In this document: one piece after another, positions 18,358 to 20,132 of the stretch | How positions within the stretch are numbered: position 1 is the first letter of the stretch | Layout: every line of letters begins with the position of its first letter | DNA from: Synechococcus sp. | GTDB lineage: Bacteria > Cyanobacteriota > Cyanobacteriia > Thermostichales > PCC-7336 | DNA: 20,132 nucleotides | Reading direction: 5' to 3' | Assembly: GCA_051439425.1 (NCBI GenBank) | Contig: JBFRWD010000028.1 | Location: forward strand, 1 to 20,132 | Program-made: the position numbers and the translations under genes | Notes under the pieces: generated by a model | What the model saw: the letters and a program-made list of their open reading frames with translations, nothing else | Told to the model about the DNA's origin: nothing | The model's database searches: none

Positions 18358-18371
18358 GTATCTGCCTATAC
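18358..18371. promoter_or_regulatory. Candidate NtcA binding site
   Basis: GTA-TCTGCCTA-TAC fits GTA-N8-TAC and is followed by AAA. It ends 23 bp before the dctP ATG. Confidence 0.5.
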
Positions 18372-18394
18372 AAATCACGCTTATAAAAGCCATC

Positions 18395-19513
18395 ATGAAA
18401 CGCCGGAAAATTCTGAATTACGCAGCGACGGCAACCGGACTAGCCGTCGGAGCTGCAGCCTGTGGTGGTAACAGCACCACCCCTACCTCGGCCGAATCCG
18501 AAGCGGGGTCCCCTGCCCTGCCCTCCATCTACTGGCGCATGGCCACCAGTTGGCCCCAAGCCCTCGATACGATCTACGGCGGTGCTCAAACGGTGAGCGA
18601 TCGCGTGAGCGAAATGACAGATGGTCGGTTCACAATCGAGCCATACGCAGCCGGCGAAATCGTCCCCGGCTTGGAAGTTCTAGACGCCGTTCAGGCCGGG
18701 ACGGTGCAATGCGGTCATACCGCTAGTTATTACTACGTCGGCAAAAATCCCGCCCTTGCCTTCGGTACTACCGTTCCGTTTGGCCTCAACGCCCAACAGC
18801 AAAATGCATGGTACTACCACGGTGGCGGCCTAGAGGCCATGCACAAGCTATATGCAGACTTCGGTGTCATCAACTTTCCGGCAGGGAATACCGGCGTTCA
18901 GATGGGGGGATGGTTCAAACGACAGGTGAACTCAGTTTCCGATTTGCAGGGGCTGAAGATGCGTATTCCCGGTTTGGGGGGCGAGGTGATGGCGGCGCTG
19001 GGTGTGAACGTGCAGGTGTTGCCAGGCGGGGAGATATTCTTGGCGCTGGATCGCAACGCGATCGACGCAGCAGAGTTTGTCGGTCCTTACGATGACGAAA
19101 AACTGGGATTGGCAGACGCGGCTGATTTCTATTACTACCCCGGTTGGTGGGAGCCAGGGGCCACGCTGGAACTGCAGGTGAATTTGCGGGCTTGGAACGA
19201 GTTGCCTTCCGAGTATCAAGAGGCCTTAAAGTCGGCGGCCTTTGAAGCCAACTTAAACATGCTGGCAAAGTACGATGCCCTGAACGGAGCGGCGCTGAAG
19301 CGACTGGTGGACAAAGGAACGCAGTTGACTCGCTACAGCGACGAGATCATGCAGGCGGCCCAAACGGCAGCATTCGAGATTTACGAACAGAACGCTAGCG
19401 AAGATGCCACCTTCAAGGACGTGTACGACCAATGGAAGACCTTCCGCGACGAGGTGTATGGCTGGAACCGTATCAACGAACTCAGCTTCTCTAGTTTCGT
19501 CAATCAGGGGTAG
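18395..19513 (+). CDS. dctP: TRAP transporter substrate-binding protein (DctP/TakP type; Tat-like lipoprotein signal)
   Basis: MKRRKIL...AAAC signal, [37 protein letters not shown] and [10 protein letters not shown]. Confidence 0.93.
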   Translation: MKRRKILNYAATATGLAVGAAACGGNSTTPTSAESEAGSPALPSIYWRMATSWPQALDTIYGGAQTVSDRVSEMTDGRFTIEPYAAGEIVPGLEVLDAVQAGTVQCGHTASYYYVGKNPALAFGTTVPFGLNAQQQNAWYYHGGGLEAMHKLYADFGVINFPAGNTGVQMGGWFKRQVNSVSDLQGLKMRIPGLGGEVMAALGVNVQVLPGGEIFLALDRNAIDAAEFVGPYDDEKLGLADAADFYYYPGWWEPGATLELQVNLRAWNELPSEYQEALKSAAFEANLNMLAKYDALNGAALKRLVDKGTQLTRYSDEIMQAAQTAAFEIYEQNASEDATFKDVYDQWKTFRDEVYGWNRINELSFSSFVNQG

Positions 19514-19516
19514 TGC

Positions 19517-20101
19517 GTGGATAAATTGCTTGCCCTGTCCCGCTGGATCGATCGGATCAATACCGTCATCGGTCGAATAGCCGGCTGGTTGGTATTTATC
19601 ACCATCGGTGTTGGCTGTTGGAACGTGTTTGGGCGCTACATCGGCCAAGCAGTGGGACGGAATCTCAGTTCCAATTCCCTGATCGAAACTCAGTGGTACT
19701 TGTTTAGCGTGGTGTTTTTGATGGGGGCAGCGTACACCCTGCAGCGCAACGGTCACGTGCGGGTGGATGTGTTTCAGTCTCGCTGGCGGGGCAAGCGCAA
19801 AGCTCTAGCGGAGCTGATTGGCACGGGGCTATTCCTATTGCCTTTCTCCACCCTCGTTCTCATCTTTTCGTGGAAATGGGTGTGGGCCTCCTGGCGCATT
19901 TGGGAAAACTCCCCCGACCCTGGGGGGCTACCGCGCTATCCCATCAAGACGGTGATTTTGCTCAGCTTTGTCACGCTGATTGCTCAGGGCATCTCCGAAT
20001 CCATCAAGAATTTGGCCATTTTGACGGGCGATCGCCCCCCCGAGCCGGAATCCCCCTCAGAAGAGGTATCGGACTCCTCTCTGCCAGGGGGTGACGCATG
20101 A
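19517..20101 (+). CDS. dctQ: TRAP transporter small permease
   Basis: Four TM helices, ETQWYLF, GHVRVDV and ENSPDPGGLPRYPIK. Confidence 0.92.
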   Translation: MDKLLALSRWIDRINTVIGRIAGWLVFITIGVGCWNVFGRYIGQAVGRNLSSNSLIETQWYLFSVVFLMGAAYTLQRNGHVRVDVFQSRWRGKRKALAELIGTGLFLLPFSTLVLIFSWKWVWASWRIWENSPDPGGLPRYPIKTVILLSFVTLIAQGISESIKNLAILTGDRPPEPESPSEEVSDSSLPGGDA

Positions 20102-20132
20102 TCGCTGAATGGTTGGGACCGGCCATGTTTGT
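20098..20132 (+). CDS. dctM: TRAP transporter large permease, N-terminus (truncated by window edge)
   Basis: ATGA overlap with the dctQ stop. Reads MIAEWLGPAMF, in the expected operon position. Confidence 0.75.
   Translation, partial: MIAEWLGPAMF

Larger units (their letters stand above)
1098..20035. repeat. Dispersed HIP1 octamers (GCGATCGC)
   Basis: Copies read by eye start at 1098, 1838, 3842, 4131, 4570, 5405, 5909, 6011, 6756, 7379, 8539, 12956, 17704, 18597 and 20028. Less than one is expected by chance in 20 kb. Confidence 0.95.

Overview
This is a cyanobacterial chromosomal window (psbO, NDH-1 genes, at least 15 HIP1 GCGATCGC octamers), mostly housekeeping. From left to right it holds a nest of degraded IS fragments (IS5-type on minus, IS4-type on plus), thiG, mlaD/mlaF-type lipid ABC genes, two hypothetical genes, speA, a lapA-like gene, a conserved hypothetical, psbO, pheA and an ndhH-A-I-G-E operon. 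An AT-richer accessory stretch follows (RTX protein plus AraC regulator), then a TRAP transporter operon (dctP-Q-M) that runs off the right edge. I found no CRISPR array, rRNA, tRNA or clear new multi-gene system. The best leads are a PsbO with substitutions in normally conserved acidic motifs, a GTA-N8-TAC (NtcA-type) box just before the TRAP operon, a structured speA leader with a stop/start-overlapping uORF, and a tandem repeat bracketed by an inverted repeat inside mlaD. Family assignments come from motif recognition by eye and from memory, not from database searches.
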